A stretch of 64,000 bases of DNA from Calditrichia bacterium (GTDB taxonomy: Bacteria; Calditrichota; Calditrichia; JAJRVZ01): assembly GCA_963777955.1 (NCBI GenBank), contig CAVZSQ010000022.1, forward strand, positions 736,001 to 800,000, given 5' to 3'. A program made the position numbers and the translations under genes. Positions 43,033 to 54,391 of the stretch are shown here, piece after piece. Each line of letters begins with the position of its first letter. Position 1 is the stretch's first letter. The notes beneath the pieces were generated by a model, which made no database searches, was not told the DNA's origin, and saw only the letters and a program-made list of their open reading frames with translations.

Positions 43033-43711
43033 ATTGTTAATCACCCGGCAACTGAGTAAAACGTATACCAACGGTCCGCAGGAAGTCAAGGTGTTGAAGG
43101 GTATCGATCTGGAAATAAATCAGGGCGAGGTGGCGGTTATCATCGGACCGTCCGGTGTGGGCAAGAGTACCCTGTTGCATTTAGTCGGCGGACTGGATAA
43201 ACCTTCGAGCGGCGACGTACTAATTAATGATCGCGATATTTTTGCCATGAACGAGGAAGAACGGGCTTTATTCCGGAACCGCTCCATCGGTTTTGTTTTT
43301 CAATTTCATCATTTGCTGCCCGAGTTTACAGCCCTGGAGAATGTGATGATACCGGTGATGATGTACCAATCCGATCCTGAATTTGTGGAAAATGAAGCAA
43401 GCCGTATATTAAATGAAGTGGGGCTGGCCGAACGGCTGCATCATAAACCTTCACAGTTGTCGGGGGGTGAACAGCAACGGGTAGCCGTGGCCCGGGCTCT
43501 GGTCAACAAGCCGAGTCTGGTCCTTGCGGATGAACCAACAGGTAATCTGGACAAACAAAATAGCGAGGCGTTATATCGCCTTATTCTGAGCCTGAATACA
43601 AAATTCAGACAAACCTTTCTTATCGTTACCCATAATGAAATGATGGCCAAGCAGGCCAGTAAAGTCATTGAACTGGAAGATGGCCGGATTAAAATGCCTG
43701 CCGGCCGGTAA
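43025..43711 (+). CDS. lolD: Lipoprotein-releasing ABC transporter ATPase
   Basis: [28 protein letters not shown] (LolD motif), [17 protein letters not shown]. Confidence 0.93.
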   Translation: MNKLLITRQLSKTYTNGPQEVKVLKGIDLEINQGEVAVIIGPSGVGKSTLLHLVGGLDKPSSGDVLINDRDIFAMNEEERALFRNRSIGFVFQFHHLLPEFTALENVMIPVMMYQSDPEFVENEASRILNEVGLAERLHHKPSQLSGGEQQRVAVARALVNKPSLVLADEPTGNLDKQNSEALYRLILSLNTKFRQTFLIVTHNEMMAKQASKVIELEDGRIKMPAGR

Positions 43712-43755
43712 TCTCTGATATTTGTTACCCCTAACCATAAACAGATCATAGTTAT

Positions 43756-45837
43756 ATGCACACGGATATTCAGTACCTGAAAGGGATAGGTCCTAAACGG
43801 TATGAAGCATTGCGCCAGAGCGGAATTCAGAGCGTGGCCGACCTGATTGATTTCATACCCCGCCGGTATCTCGACCGCAGCCAGATTGCGACCCTGGATA
43901 CCCTGCAAGTTGATCAGGAGGTAACCGCCATCGGGAAAATTGAGGCCATGGGAATACGCCGGGCGCGTAAGCGGATTTTTTATTTGATAATTTCCGATGG
44001 CCGCGGGATACTGGAGGCACTGTGGTTTAACTATGCGGAGCAGTATAAAAAACAATTCAAGGTAGGTGAATGGATATCACTGGCAGGGAAAATTTCATAT
44101 TTCCGCGGTTACCAGATGATTCATCCCGCTTTTGAACACCTCGGCGATGAAGATTTTGATAAGTGGCTGGCCAGCGGCAAGATCTTCGCCATCTATCCCG
44201 GTTCGGATATATTGAAAAGCGTTGCGCTTAATTCGAATTTGTTTCGCAAAATATTTACGGAATTATTTCAAAAACACCAGCCGCTGATCGAGGAAAACCT
44301 GCCGGCGGCATTGCTCCTGGCAAATAATTTTCTGCCGCGGCCGGAAACATACTTTCAGTTGCACTTGCCGCAATCGCCACAGTTGCTGCAACAGGCGGTG
44401 GACCGCTACAAATACGAGGAATTCTTTTTCTGGCAGTTGATGTTCGCCTTGCAGAATTATCATACCCGCCAGACTGAGGCAGGCATCAGTTTTGATCAGC
44501 CCAGCCAACGTCTGACCAGATTTTATGAAACTCTGCCCTTTAGCATGACTGCGGCGCAAAAAAAAGTGGTCAGGGAAATCAGACTCGATATGAAGCGGCC
44601 CCATCCGATGAACCGCTTATTACAGGGGGATGTCGGCTCCGGCAAAACCCTGGTGGCCATCATGAGTATGCTGATTGCCATCGATAATGGATATCAAACG
44701 GCTTTAATGGTCCCCACCGAGATACTGGCTGAACAGCATTTTTTGAATTTTTTAAAAATGTTAAACGGCCTGGATGTACAGGTGATGATGTTGACCGGGA
44801 GTACCTCCCGGGAAAAGCGCGAGCAGCTGCGCCAGGTTTTGAACAATAACCAGCCGGTCATGGTCATCGGTACTCACGCGCTGATTCAGGAAGATCTGGA
44901 TTTTTCCAGATTAGGTTTGATCATTATCGATGAGCAGCATCGTTTTGGAGTACTGCAACGTGGTTCTCTTGTGGAGAAAGGACTTGGTCATGCCGACGTA
45001 CTGGTAATGACCGCTACACCCATCCCCCGCACTCTGGCCCTGACTATTTACGGTAATCTTGATGTATCTATTCTGGATGAGATGCCGCCTGACCGCAAAA
45101 CAATCTCTACGGTATGGCGCTTCGACGATAAAGCAGAAACCGTTTATGATTTTATTAAACAGCGCCTGGAAAAAAATGAACAGGCTTTCATCGTATTCCC
45201 GCTGCTGCAGGAATCTGAAAAACTGGATCTGAAAGCCGCCACTGAAAGTTATGAAAAGTTCAGGCGTGATACTTTTATCAAATGGCCGCTAGCACTCATC
45301 CACGGCCGTTTAAAAACCGATCAGAAAGAAAAAATCATGCAGGATTTCAGGTCAGGCCGAATTAAAATTCTGGTCTCGACAACGGTTATTGAAGTCGGGG
45401 TAGACGTACCGCAGGCAACCATAATGTTGATCGAACACGCCGAACGGTTTGGGCTGTCCCAATTGCATCAATTGCGGGGCCGGGTGGGGCGCAGTAATCT
45501 TAAATCATATTGTATCCTGAAAACTCCGCATAATATCGGTGAAACAGCCAAACAACGCATGCGTATTATGACCGAAACTACGGATGGTTTTAAAATTGCA
45601 GAAGAAGATCTTAAATTGCGGGGCTGGGGAGATTTTTTCGGAACCAGGCAGCACGGAATTCCGGAATTTAAACTGGCCAATCCGCTGCTCGATCTTAAAA
45701 TCCTGCAAAAGGCCCGGCAGGATGCTCAGGCACTGGTAAAACTTGACCCGCAACTGCGCAGTCCCGAGCACCTGATCCTGCAAACCTGTTTACGAAAAAA
45801 ATTCAGCGAGCGCTTCCGCTTAATTAAATTCAGTTAG
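43756..45837 (+). CDS. recG: ATP-dependent DNA helicase RecG
   Basis: [56 protein letters not shown]. Confidence 0.98.
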   Translation: MHTDIQYLKGIGPKRYEALRQSGIQSVADLIDFIPRRYLDRSQIATLDTLQVDQEVTAIGKIEAMGIRRARKRIFYLIISDGRGILEALWFNYAEQYKKQFKVGEWISLAGKISYFRGYQMIHPAFEHLGDEDFDKWLASGKIFAIYPGSDILKSVALNSNLFRKIFTELFQKHQPLIEENLPAALLLANNFLPRPETYFQLHLPQSPQLLQQAVDRYKYEEFFFWQLMFALQNYHTRQTEAGISFDQPSQRLTRFYETLPFSMTAAQKKVVREIRLDMKRPHPMNRLLQGDVGSGKTLVAIMSMLIAIDNGYQTALMVPTEILAEQHFLNFLKMLNGLDVQVMMLTGSTSREKREQLRQVLNNNQPVMVIGTHALIQEDLDFSRLGLIIIDEQHRFGVLQRGSLVEKGLGHADVLVMTATPIPRTLALTIYGNLDVSILDEMPPDRKTISTVWRFDDKAETVYDFIKQRLEKNEQAFIVFPLLQESEKLDLKAATESYEKFRRDTFIKWPLALIHGRLKTDQKEKIMQDFRSGRIKILVSTTVIEVGVDVPQATIMLIEHAERFGLSQLHQLRGRVGRSNLKSYCILKTPHNIGETAKQRMRIMTETTDGFKIAEEDLKLRGWGDFFGTRQHGIPEFKLANPLLDLKILQKARQDAQALVKLDPQLRSPEHLILQTCLRKKFSERFRLIKFS

Positions 45838-45903
45838 ATCTAAAGGCTGATTTTATTTAAAAACAAACTGAAAAATGCTTAAATTACTTTACTTTATACT
45901 TAA

Positions 45904-46989
45904 ATGCTGGATATGCCGGATATTATTTATCAACAAATGCTAAGTCAGAATCTGCCCCTGGTGAGTATCCTGGTGTTGAATTATAACGGCCTGCGGTTCC
46001 TGCCGGATTGTTTTAATTCACTGCTGGGCAGTCATTATCCCAATTACGAGATTTATCTGGTTGATAATAATTCCACGGATAACAGCGTGGAGTATACGCA
46101 GAAGAATTATCCGGTCGTAAAAATTCTGCAAACCAATAAGAATGCGGGTTATAGCCGGGCTTATAATCTGGCCATGGCCGCAGCCGGGGGTAAATACTTT
46201 GTCTTGCTGAATAACGATGTTATCGTCGATCCCGGTTGGCTGATACCGCTGGTTCGTGCCGCAGAAAAAGACCTGACGGTCGCCGCCGTGCAGCCTAAAA
46301 TTTTATCCATGATCGACCGGAAATATTTTGAGTATGCCGGAGCAAGCGGTGGATATATTGATAAATATGGTTATCCTTTTCTGCGCGGACGTATCTTTTA
46401 TACCATTGAACCGGACGAACAACAATACAATTCGACCGCTGCTGTCTTCTGGACCAGCGGCGCAGCTATGTTCGTACGTGCGGAAGTACTCAAATCGTGC
46501 GGAAATCTGGATGAAGACTTCGTCCATCATATGGAGGAAATTGACTGGTGCTGGCGAATGCATCTGTGTGGTCATAAATTACAGGTAATTCCCGAGTCGG
46601 TCATCTATCACTATGCCGGGGCAACTATCAGGGAAGGGAGTTATAAGAAACTGTACTGGAATCATCGTAATAATATTTTTATGCTGGTCAAGAATCTCGA
46701 AACCTTAAATCTGGTCAAGATCCTGATCCGCAGAATCCTTCTGGACGGAATAAATATTTTTTATTCCGTCCTGATCCGTTTCGATTTTAAGCATGCCGGT
46801 GCCATTGGGGCGGCTTATCTGTGGCTGCTGGCACATGTAAGTCTGCTCGGCCGTAAACGCCGGCAGGTTCAATCGCTGCGTAGTTGCCGGGATAGAGAAA
46901 TAACGCATTTGATTTATCCCAAAAGCATTATTATGGATTATTTTGTCAAAGGTAACAAGACGTTTGCCAGTCTTGGCTTCCGGGTTTAA
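45904..46989 (+). CDS. Family 2 glycosyltransferase (rhamnosyltransferase-like)
   Basis: LVDNNSTD, LLNNDV, FEYAGASGG, WTSGAAM, MEEIDWCWR, YHYAG. Confidence 0.88.
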   Translation: MLDMPDIIYQQMLSQNLPLVSILVLNYNGLRFLPDCFNSLLGSHYPNYEIYLVDNNSTDNSVEYTQKNYPVVKILQTNKNAGYSRAYNLAMAAAGGKYFVLLNNDVIVDPGWLIPLVRAAEKDLTVAAVQPKILSMIDRKYFEYAGASGGYIDKYGYPFLRGRIFYTIEPDEQQYNSTAAVFWTSGAAMFVRAEVLKSCGNLDEDFVHHMEEIDWCWRMHLCGHKLQVIPESVIYHYAGATIREGSYKKLYWNHRNNIFMLVKNLETLNLVKILIRRILLDGINIFYSVLIRFDFKHAGAIGAAYLWLLAHVSLLGRKRRQVQSLRSCRDREITHLIYPKSIIMDYFVKGNKTFASLGFRV

Positions 46990-47114
46990 AGCGTCGGCTG
47001 CTTTTTTAATGGGATTTTAATTCGTATTTTTAAAACTTAAACAGCAATGCAGAGTATAAAAAATACAGGCAGGTCAAGGGCAGCATATAATCAGAGAAAA
47101 TTCAGGATAGTTCT

Positions 47115-47720
47115 ATGCAAATGAAAATTGAATCGGTACATCTGGGAGCCGTGGTGGTAATTGCCCAGGAATATTTCAAGGATGACCGCGGCTTTTTTAT
47201 CGAAGAATTCCGTGCGGATCAGTTTGGAGCGCTCGGTTTGCCGCAGCAGTTCCAGCAGGAGAATCATTCCGGTTCGGTTAAAAACGTGGTGCGGGGATTA
47301 CATTTTCAGTGGCAGCCAGCGATGGGAAAACTGATGCGGGTTTTGCGCGGCCGGGCATTTCTGGTGGCCGTGGACATACGCCGTAACTCGCCGACTCTGG
47401 GCAAATGGTTCGGTCAGGAAGTGTCTGCCGAAGAACGCAAACAGATCTGGGCACCGGCCGGATTCGCCAGGGGGTTTTGTGTATTATCGGATTATGCGGA
47501 GATTCAATATTTGTGTACGGGGATTTATAATCCTGCGGGAGAATCTGGTATACGCTGGGACGATCCGCAAATAGGTATCAAGTGGCCGGTTGAGAATCCG
47601 GTTTTGTCCGGGAAAGACCTGTCGGCCCAAACTCTGGCGGAATGGTTGAAATCAGATTTGTCTAAGAACTTTACATACAATCAGGCTGAAGATTACCATG
47701 TTCGCAGTGAGGTGAAGTAA
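47115..47720 (+). CDS. rmlC: dTDP-4-dehydrorhamnose 3,5-epimerase
   Basis: DDRGFFIE, QENHS, RGLHFQ, VAVDIRRNSPTLGKW, GIRWDDPQIGIKWP, SGKD. Confidence 0.9.
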   Translation: MQMKIESVHLGAVVVIAQEYFKDDRGFFIEEFRADQFGALGLPQQFQQENHSGSVKNVVRGLHFQWQPAMGKLMRVLRGRAFLVAVDIRRNSPTLGKWFGQEVSAEERKQIWAPAGFARGFCVLSDYAEIQYLCTGIYNPAGESGIRWDDPQIGIKWPVENPVLSGKDLSAQTLAEWLKSDLSKNFTYNQAEDYHVRSEVK

Positions 47721-48679
47721 TGAAAATTTTAGTAGCCGGCGGCGCCGGGTATATAGGTTCTAAACTTGTTCCGCAACTGATTGAGCGGGGCTATGAAATC
47801 GATGTGCTGGATTTGTTCTGGTTTGGAGATTATCTGCCCGATAAAGTGCAGCGAATCAAGAAGGGAATATTTGATTTTAAAGCAGATGAGATTAAAAAAT
47901 ACCAACAAGTCATTTTCCTGGCCGGACTCTCCAACGATCCCATGGCTGAATATTCACCCGGATTGAATTTTATTCATAATGCAGCGGCCCCGGCTTACCT
48001 GGGTTATATCGCCAAGAATGCCGGTGTAAGCCGGTTCATTTATGCCGGCTCATGTTCGGTCTATGGTTACACGGAGAATGAACTCTACGACGAAAATTCA
48101 CCGGCAATATCGAATTATCCGTACGGCATCTCTAAATTACAGGGTGAACGGGCCGTACTGCAAATGATCGATAAAAATTTCTCGGTTATCTGCTTGCGCC
48201 AGGGCACGGTCAGCGGCTATAGTCCCAGAATGCGCCTGGATTTGATCGTCAATACCATGTTCCGCTGCGCTTTGCTGGATGAGGTGATCACGGTGAATAA
48301 TCCGGCTATCTGGCGGCCGGTATTGAGTATAAAGGATGCCGTGACGGCTTATACACGGGCGATAGAATCCGATCTTTCGATCTCCGGTATTTTTAATATC
48401 ACTTCCGGCAATTATACGGTCGGAGAAGTCGCCGATCTGGTTAAGAATTGTCTGAAAAATAATATGCAACGGAAGGTAAGTCTTAAAATTCTGCACCGGC
48501 AGGACTACCGAAATTACAAGGTCAGTATCGAAAAAGCACAAAACATACTCAGTTTTAAACCGCGTTATGATATCAATGAAATCGTGCTGGATCTGATCGA
48601 GAATTACGATAAATTCAAAGATCTGAAAAATCCACGGTACTATAACATTGAAATGTTTAAATCATTGAAATTGGATTGA
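47720..48679 (+). CDS. NAD-dependent NDP-sugar epimerase/dehydratase (extended SDR)
   Basis: GGAGYIG, LAGLSNDP, AGSCSVYG, YGISK (YxxxK), SPRMRLDLIVN. Confidence 0.85.
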   Translation: MKILVAGGAGYIGSKLVPQLIERGYEIDVLDLFWFGDYLPDKVQRIKKGIFDFKADEIKKYQQVIFLAGLSNDPMAEYSPGLNFIHNAAAPAYLGYIAKNAGVSRFIYAGSCSVYGYTENELYDENSPAISNYPYGISKLQGERAVLQMIDKNFSVICLRQGTVSGYSPRMRLDLIVNTMFRCALLDEVITVNNPAIWRPVLSIKDAVTAYTRAIESDLSISGIFNITSGNYTVGEVADLVKNCLKNNMQRKVSLKILHRQDYRNYKVSIEKAQNILSFKPRYDINEIVLDLIENYDKFKDLKNPRYYNIEMFKSLKLD

Positions 48680-48686
48680 AATTCAG

Positions 48687-49544
48687 GTGAGGATTGTTAT
48701 AATCGGTTCGAATGGCCAGCTGGGCTCCGAACTTACCGCTTTACTGGGACAGAAATATAAACTCGTTCCGCTTACTCATCAGCAAATCGAGATCGAAAAA
48801 CTGGATGCGGCCAGGAAACTTTTAGCCGAACTGAATCCCGATATTATCATCAATACTGCTGCTTATCATCACGTCCTTAAATGCGAGCAGAATCCGGAAT
48901 TAGCATTTGCTGTCAATGCGCTGGGATCCTGGAACCTGGCCCGGATTGCTGCCGAACTGAATTGTAAACTGGTTCATTTCAGCACCGATTACGTGTTCGA
49001 TGGTTTAAAAAAATCACCCTATATTGAAGATGATAAACCCAATCCCTTAAATGTATATGCGGTAAGCAAATTGGCCGGTGAACACTTTATTCAAAATTAT
49101 TGTAAAAACTACTTTATCTTACGGATTTCCGGGATTTATGGAAAAGTCCCCTGCCGGGCCAAGGGGGGTAATTTTATTATGACCATGATCAAGGCCGCTG
49201 CCGAGCGGGAGGTAGTGAAAGTGGTGGCTGACGAGATATTAACCCCTACTCCGGTCGAACAGATTGCCGGCCATACTGAGGCCTTAATTGGGACCGATGC
49301 TTACGGATTATATCACCTGACCTGCCAGGGGCAATGTTCCTGGTATGAATTTGCCGCTGAAATATTCAGGATTTTGAAGATAAAAACACCCCTGCAAGCC
49401 TGTCAAAATTCAGAATTTCCTGCCGGGGTACAACGGCCATTATACAGTGTTCTGGAAAATAAAAATTTACAAGCGCTGCAGCTGGATCACTTCACGGAGT
49501 GGCCGCAGGCCTTGCAACATTTTTTGATCCGGCAGTATCTGTAA
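48687..49544 (+). CDS. rmlD: dTDP-4-dehydrorhamnose reductase
   Basis: GSNGQLG, NTAAYH, STDYVFDG, YAVSKLAGE, SWYEFA, RPLYSVL. Confidence 0.9.
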   Translation: MRIVIIGSNGQLGSELTALLGQKYKLVPLTHQQIEIEKLDAARKLLAELNPDIIINTAAYHHVLKCEQNPELAFAVNALGSWNLARIAAELNCKLVHFSTDYVFDGLKKSPYIEDDKPNPLNVYAVSKLAGEHFIQNYCKNYFILRISGIYGKVPCRAKGGNFIMTMIKAAAEREVVKVVADEILTPTPVEQIAGHTEALIGTDAYGLYHLTCQGQCSWYEFAAEIFRILKIKTPLQACQNSEFPAGVQRPLYSVLENKNLQALQLDHFTEWPQALQHFLIRQYL

Positions 49545-49626
49545 AATCGGGATTCAGCTTAACCTTGATTAAATATAAAGTATGTGATAACTTAAAGTTT
49601 TCAGTCGATAAAATAAGGATGATAAC

Positions 49627-52245
49627 ATGGAAATGAAAAAAGTGCATATGATTTTTGCGGTCGTGATCTTTTTTATTGCTTTTGTAGTTTATGCTATGAC
49701 CGTGGCTCCGACCGTTTCCTTCTGGGATTGTGGCGAGTTTATTGCCTGCAGTTATGGCCTGATGGTGCCTCATCCTCCCGGTGCGCCGTTCTATCTGCTG
49801 GTCGGGCGGCTATTCTCCATGTTACCGATTTCCGATGATATCGCTATGCGCGTTAATTTTATTTCGGTTCTCTCCAGCGCCCTGACGATCCTGTTGCTTT
49901 ATCTGAGTATAGTTCACCTGGTACGGGAGTGGAAGGGGGTGTTGCGGGCAAAATCGGATTGGTACATGGCCATGTTTTCCGGGGCACTCGGTGCACTTAC
50001 CTTTGCCTTTACGCACAGTTTTTGGTTTAATGCCGTGGAAGCAGAAGTGTATGCTATTTCCATGCTGTTTACCTCGTTACTGGTCTGGCTGGTACTGGTC
50101 TGGTCCGAGAAACATGAGCAACCGGGCAGCGAACGGTACCTGCTGCTGATTGCCTACCTGATCGGACTGGCCATTTCTGTACACTTGTTGAATGTGCTGG
50201 CTATTCCGTTTGTGACCATGATTTACTACTGCAAAAAATATGAATTCAATATTAAGACATTATTTATCAACGTCGTAATAACCGTGGTTATGATTTTACT
50301 GGTTTACCCGGGTATCGTAAAATATCTGCCCCGGGTGGCCAGATACGGTGATTTTTTCCTGCTGGTGCTGGTACTGGCGGGGGTAATTATTATTTCCATC
50401 TGGTCTATTTATAATAATAAAAAACTGGCCAGCCTGATCTCTATCTCATTCCTGTTGATTTTGATCGGATACAGTTCGTATGCCATGATCTATATCCGTT
50501 CCAATCTGGATCCTGCTATCGATGAAAATGATCCGGAAACGGTGGAGAGATTTATCTATTATATAGAACGTGAACAATACGGCGACCAGAGTATCACCGA
50601 CCGGACCAAAGCCTGGCAGGAATCACCCAATGCGAAAAACTATAAAAGTACGGGTGAGTATTTCTGGAGATATCAGGTAAACAAAATGTATGTTCGTTAC
50701 TTCTTATGGCAATATGTGGGCCTGGATAAAAATGAAACAGATGTAGATCCCACGCAACTGTATGCCATTCCCCTGGCGCTGGGACTGATCGGGATGTTCT
50801 GGCAATTCTATCGCGATCCCAAACGGGGTTTGGCTGTGCTGGCCCTGTTTTTCATGACCGGCCTGGCGATTGTGCTGTATCTCAATCAACCCGATCCGCA
50901 GCCGCGGGAAAGGGACTATAGTTATGTAGGCTCTTTCTTCGCTTTTGCCATCTGGATCGGATTGGGGTGTTCCGGTCTGATAGAACTGGTGCGCTATATA
51001 CTGTACGGGGACGGCAAAAATCAGCAGGAGCATGACTCGTCCCTCGCGCTACCGCTGGTTGTTTTTATTATAACCCTGCTTGCGCCGGTTGTGCTGTTGG
51101 CTAAAAATTTTGATTCGCACAACCGTAAGGGGCAGTACATTGCCTGGGATTATTCCTATAATATGCTGCAATCCTGTGAACCCAACGGCATCCTGATTAC
51201 CAATGGCGATAATGATACTTTTCCGCTGTGGTATTTACAGGAAGTCGACAGTGTACGCAGAGACGTCCGGATTGTCAATTTAAGTTTGCTCAATACGGAT
51301 TGGTATATCAAGCAGATGCAGGATTTTGAACCCAGGGTTCCCATGAATCTCAGCGAGGCCGAGATTGATCAACTGGGTCTGCTTAAATGGGAAAACCGGA
51401 AATTAACGGTTGATGTACCGGAAGACTACGGCCGGCGGGAAATGCGGGAATTCCAGGATTATTCAAAACGGATGGATCTGACAGCGCCGGGCAGCATATC
51501 ATTTGAGGTCAGGCCGACTCTGAATACACCATATGGACCTGCTCTGCGGGTTCAGGATTACATGATCCTGCGGATTATGAATGCCAATAAATGGCGTAAA
51601 CCTATTTATTTTGCCGTTACCGTAGCCAGAAATAATATGCTTTCCGAATTACAGGACTATATGCGCATGGATGGACTGGCCCTTAAAGTCGTACCCTATA
51701 AGAATTGGGAAATTTCACCGGAAGAGATGGAACGAAATCTGATTGATGTTTTTAAGTACCGGGGTTTGCAGGATCCCAGGGTTTATTATGACAATAATAT
51801 CATCGGATTATTGCAAAATTACCGTACCGCTTTCCTGCAGGTAGCTGAATACCATATACAGGATAATAACCTGGAAAAGGTAAAATATCTGTTGAATAAC
51901 ATGGAAGAAAAAATTCCCAGTAAGGTCATACCCTGGACTAATCAATATCTGAAAATGATCCGCGATTCTTACCGTTTTATCGCCGAACAGATGCCGGTGG
52001 ACAGCCTGTTGAACCAGAATTATAATGAACAGGAATTGATGATCATGGGACAAAATCTTTTCCGTATAAATAATTTTAGCGCCGCTGAAAAGGTATTCGA
52101 TTTGATCTATCAGACCAATCCAAGTAATGTGCATGCTCTCAGTTTATTGGTGGTTACTCTGGAGAAATTACAGAACTATCAAAAGGGGGTTGCGATACTT
52201 GAAGATTGGTTGAAAAGGACACCCACCGATACCCAGGCCAGGTAA
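49627..52245 (+). CDS. DUF2723 / TMEM260-like multi-TM GT-C glycosyltransferase with a C-terminal TPR
   Basis: APTVSFWDCGEFIA, HPPGAP, FWFNAVEAEVYA, REQYG, QPRERDYSYVGSF, TNGDNDTFPLWYLQEV, NLSLLNTDWY; about 11 TM helices. Confidence 0.88.
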   Translation: MEMKKVHMIFAVVIFFIAFVVYAMTVAPTVSFWDCGEFIACSYGLMVPHPPGAPFYLLVGRLFSMLPISDDIAMRVNFISVLSSALTILLLYLSIVHLVREWKGVLRAKSDWYMAMFSGALGALTFAFTHSFWFNAVEAEVYAISMLFTSLLVWLVLVWSEKHEQPGSERYLLLIAYLIGLAISVHLLNVLAIPFVTMIYYCKKYEFNIKTLFINVVITVVMILLVYPGIVKYLPRVARYGDFFLLVLVLAGVIIISIWSIYNNKKLASLISISFLLILIGYSSYAMIYIRSNLDPAIDENDPETVERFIYYIEREQYGDQSITDRTKAWQESPNAKNYKSTGEYFWRYQVNKMYVRYFLWQYVGLDKNETDVDPTQLYAIPLALGLIGMFWQFYRDPKRGLAVLALFFMTGLAIVLYLNQPDPQPRERDYSYVGSFFAFAIWIGLGCSGLIELVRYILYGDGKNQQEHDSSLALPLVVFIITLLAPVVLLAKNFDSHNRKGQYIAWDYSYNMLQSCEPNGILITNGDNDTFPLWYLQEVDSVRRDVRIVNLSLLNTDWYIKQMQDFEPRVPMNLSEAEIDQLGLLKWENRKLTVDVPEDYGRREMREFQDYSKRMDLTAPGSISFEVRPTLNTPYGPALRVQDYMILRIMNANKWRKPIYFAVTVARNNMLSELQDYMRMDGLALKVVPYKNWEISPEEMERNLIDVFKYRGLQDPRVYYDNNIIGLLQNYRTAFLQVAEYHIQDNNLEKVKYLLNNMEEKIPSKVIPWTNQYLKMIRDSYRFIAEQMPVDSLLNQNYNEQELMIMGQNLFRINNFSAAEKVFDLIYQTNPSNVHALSLLVVTLEKLQNYQKGVAILEDWLKRTPTDTQAR

Positions 52246-52287
52246 AAATTGGAAAATTTTAAGAGCAAACTTAAATCCTGACGGCCG

Positions 52288-53274
52288 ATGATTAAATTAA
52301 AAACTTTCCTGAAGGTATTATTATCCGTTCTGCTGCTGGGCTATCTGGTTTACAAGGCCGAACCGATGAAAATTGTAGAGGTGCTGGGTCAGGTCTGGTA
52401 TAATGACCGGATGGTCTACCTCCTCCTGGCCATCGGCATTTACCTGCTGGCTACAATTATATATACCTGGCGCTGGCAGATTCTGGTCAAAGCGTGTGGT
52501 CTGCAGGTCGTGACCTGGCTGGACCTGTTCAGATTCTATCTGATCGGATTGTTTTTTAATAATTTCCTTCCTACCAGTATCGGCGGGGATGTTTTCCGGA
52601 TATATCATCTGATCGAAAAAAGCGGCGACCGGACCGCAGGCTTTACCTCGGTACTGACCGAACGGCTGCTGGGTATCGCCAGCACACTGATTCTTACTCT
52701 GATATCACTGTTTCTGCTGAGCAGCCAGTTGAATGACAACCGCTTAATTTATATAGCCGCTGGGCTGTTAGTTGTAATTATAACATTCTTTATCTTAGTA
52801 TTTAATGATCACTTTCTCCAAATGGCTGAACAACTGGTCAAACCCCTCAAAGTACTCCGTCTGGGGGAGCGGATCATGAAATTCTTCGAAGCTATCCGGT
52901 TTTATTATAATTCCAGAGGCATCTACCTGAAGATCCTGGGTATTTCCATATTAGGCCAGCTTTTAGTTATCATCATGACTTATATACTTTCTCTGGCCAT
53001 CGGGCTGCAGATCCCGCTGGATTATCTGTTCCTGGTTGTTCCAATTTCATTTTTGGTAACTATGCTGCCTTCCATCAATGGTATCGGTTTCCGGGAAGGC
53101 GCATTTGTTGTCCTGCTGGGCAGGATTGCCATCAGTAATGCTGAAGCGATATCTCTTTCCTTTCTCTCCGTACTTGTACCGATGATCGTATCCATGAGCG
53201 GAGGTATACTATTTATATTAAACAAACAGGTACCTAAAAAGAATGAATTGGAATTTGTAAGAGAAAATATTTAA
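52288..53274 (+). CDS. Lysylphosphatidylglycerol-synthase TM-domain (UPF0104, flippase-like) membrane protein
   Basis: WRWQIL, GLFFNNFLPTSIGGDVFR, ERLLG, LPSINGIGFREG. Confidence 0.85.
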   Translation: MIKLKTFLKVLLSVLLLGYLVYKAEPMKIVEVLGQVWYNDRMVYLLLAIGIYLLATIIYTWRWQILVKACGLQVVTWLDLFRFYLIGLFFNNFLPTSIGGDVFRIYHLIEKSGDRTAGFTSVLTERLLGIASTLILTLISLFLLSSQLNDNRLIYIAAGLLVVIITFFILVFNDHFLQMAEQLVKPLKVLRLGERIMKFFEAIRFYYNSRGIYLKILGISILGQLLVIIMTYILSLAIGLQIPLDYLFLVVPISFLVTMLPSINGIGFREGAFVVLLGRIAISNAEAISLSFLSVLVPMIVSMSGGILFILNKQVPKKNELEFVRENI

Positions 53275-53359
53275 CCGTCCGGAGAACTCCCGATTTACCA
53301 GGGTGAAACGATCTGAGCAGCACGGCAATCCCTGTAAATAACCTTCTGCTGAAGATCCG

Positions 53360-53855
53360 ATGAATCAGTTTTTTGAAGCGACATTTTTATTATCGGTTAT
53401 ATTTATCGGTCTGATTGTCTATTATACAATTAAGAACAGGCGCTCGCGGTTAAAAAAACACCAGGCCGGAGAGTCTGCTGTTTGCAAAAATTTATGAAGA
53501 TGAGAAAGTATATATACGCAACAGATTAAAAGCCCTGCTGGCCGGTTTGCAGGAAGGTAAAATTCGCTGGCTGCTGATCTATTCCAGGTTATTTCCCGAG
53601 GATCAGATCCAGATCACATATTCGCGGCTGGACCAGGAGGTAAATTTAGTACAGCGCAGTCGATCTTTAAGCGATAACGAAAGGGAATATCTTCGGCATT
53701 TAGGCGTAAATAAATATTGCACTCAAACCGATAAAATCATACTTTCGACTGAGCTTAATTCGAAAATTATAACCGATCTGATTTACTTTTTGTTCGAAAA
53801 TATATGTAAGCAACACAAAACGCATAATATTAAGATAAATATTTCAGGAGAATAG
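53360..53855 (+). CDS. Hypothetical protein with an N-terminal membrane anchor; +1 frameshift near 53468
   Basis: ATG 53360 gives MNQFFEATFLLSVIFIGLIVYYTIKNRRSRLKK. Removing one G at GCCGGAGAG continues into ESLLFAKIYEDEK... and ORF 53547-53855. Confidence 0.55.
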
Positions 53856-53860
53856 ATCAT

Positions 53861-54319
53861 ATGCCAGAGATTGCCGTACTTTTAGGAAGTGAATCGGATA
53901 GTAAATACTGGGAAGAATCAAAAAAATATCTGGAATATTTTTCATTATCTGCCGATTTGCTTTTTCTTTCGGCCCATCGCACACCGGATAAGGTTGCCGC
54001 TTTTGCCGCCACGGCCCGGCAGAAGGGTTATAAAGTCATTATAGCCGGAGCAGGTATGGCCGCCCATCTGGCCGGCATAGTGGCCGCACATACTGATTTA
54101 CCCGTGCTGGGAGTTCCCCTGCCCGGCGGAGTGCTGGATGGTCTGGATGCGTTATTATCGACGGTTCAAATGCCCGGCGGGGTACCTGTGGCCACCTTTG
54201 CGGTCGGGACGGCAGGGATGCGAAATGCTTGTATTTTTGCCGTACAGTTGTTATCATTAAACAGACCGGAACTGGTGGATAAATTGCAAACTTTCAGAAA
54301 ACAAGGTTCGAAGTTATAG
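53861..54319 (+). CDS. purE: N5-carboxyaminoimidazole ribonucleotide mutase
   Basis: GSESD, SAHRTP, AGAGMAAHLAG, LDALLSTVQMPGGVPVAT. Confidence 0.97.
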   Translation: MPEIAVLLGSESDSKYWEESKKYLEYFSLSADLLFLSAHRTPDKVAAFAATARQKGYKVIIAGAGMAAHLAGIVAAHTDLPVLGVPLPGGVLDGLDALLSTVQMPGGVPVATFAVGTAGMRNACIFAVQLLSLNRPELVDKLQTFRKQGSKL

Positions 54320-54391
54320 TAAATTTTTGCAGTCCTCTGGCCGGGATTTCTTCACTCTCCTGGCCGCGAGGAAGACTAAACAGAGTTTATC

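Noticed and set aside
52243..52245. Stop-codon recoding (Sec/Pyl) in the DUF2723 gene
   Set aside because: The codon is TAA, not TGA or TAG, and no recoding element is evident.
54331..54377. GC-rich imperfect hairpin between purE and the second rmlD
   Set aside because: The stem is interrupted and has no T tail, so it is too weak to call a terminator or RNA element.
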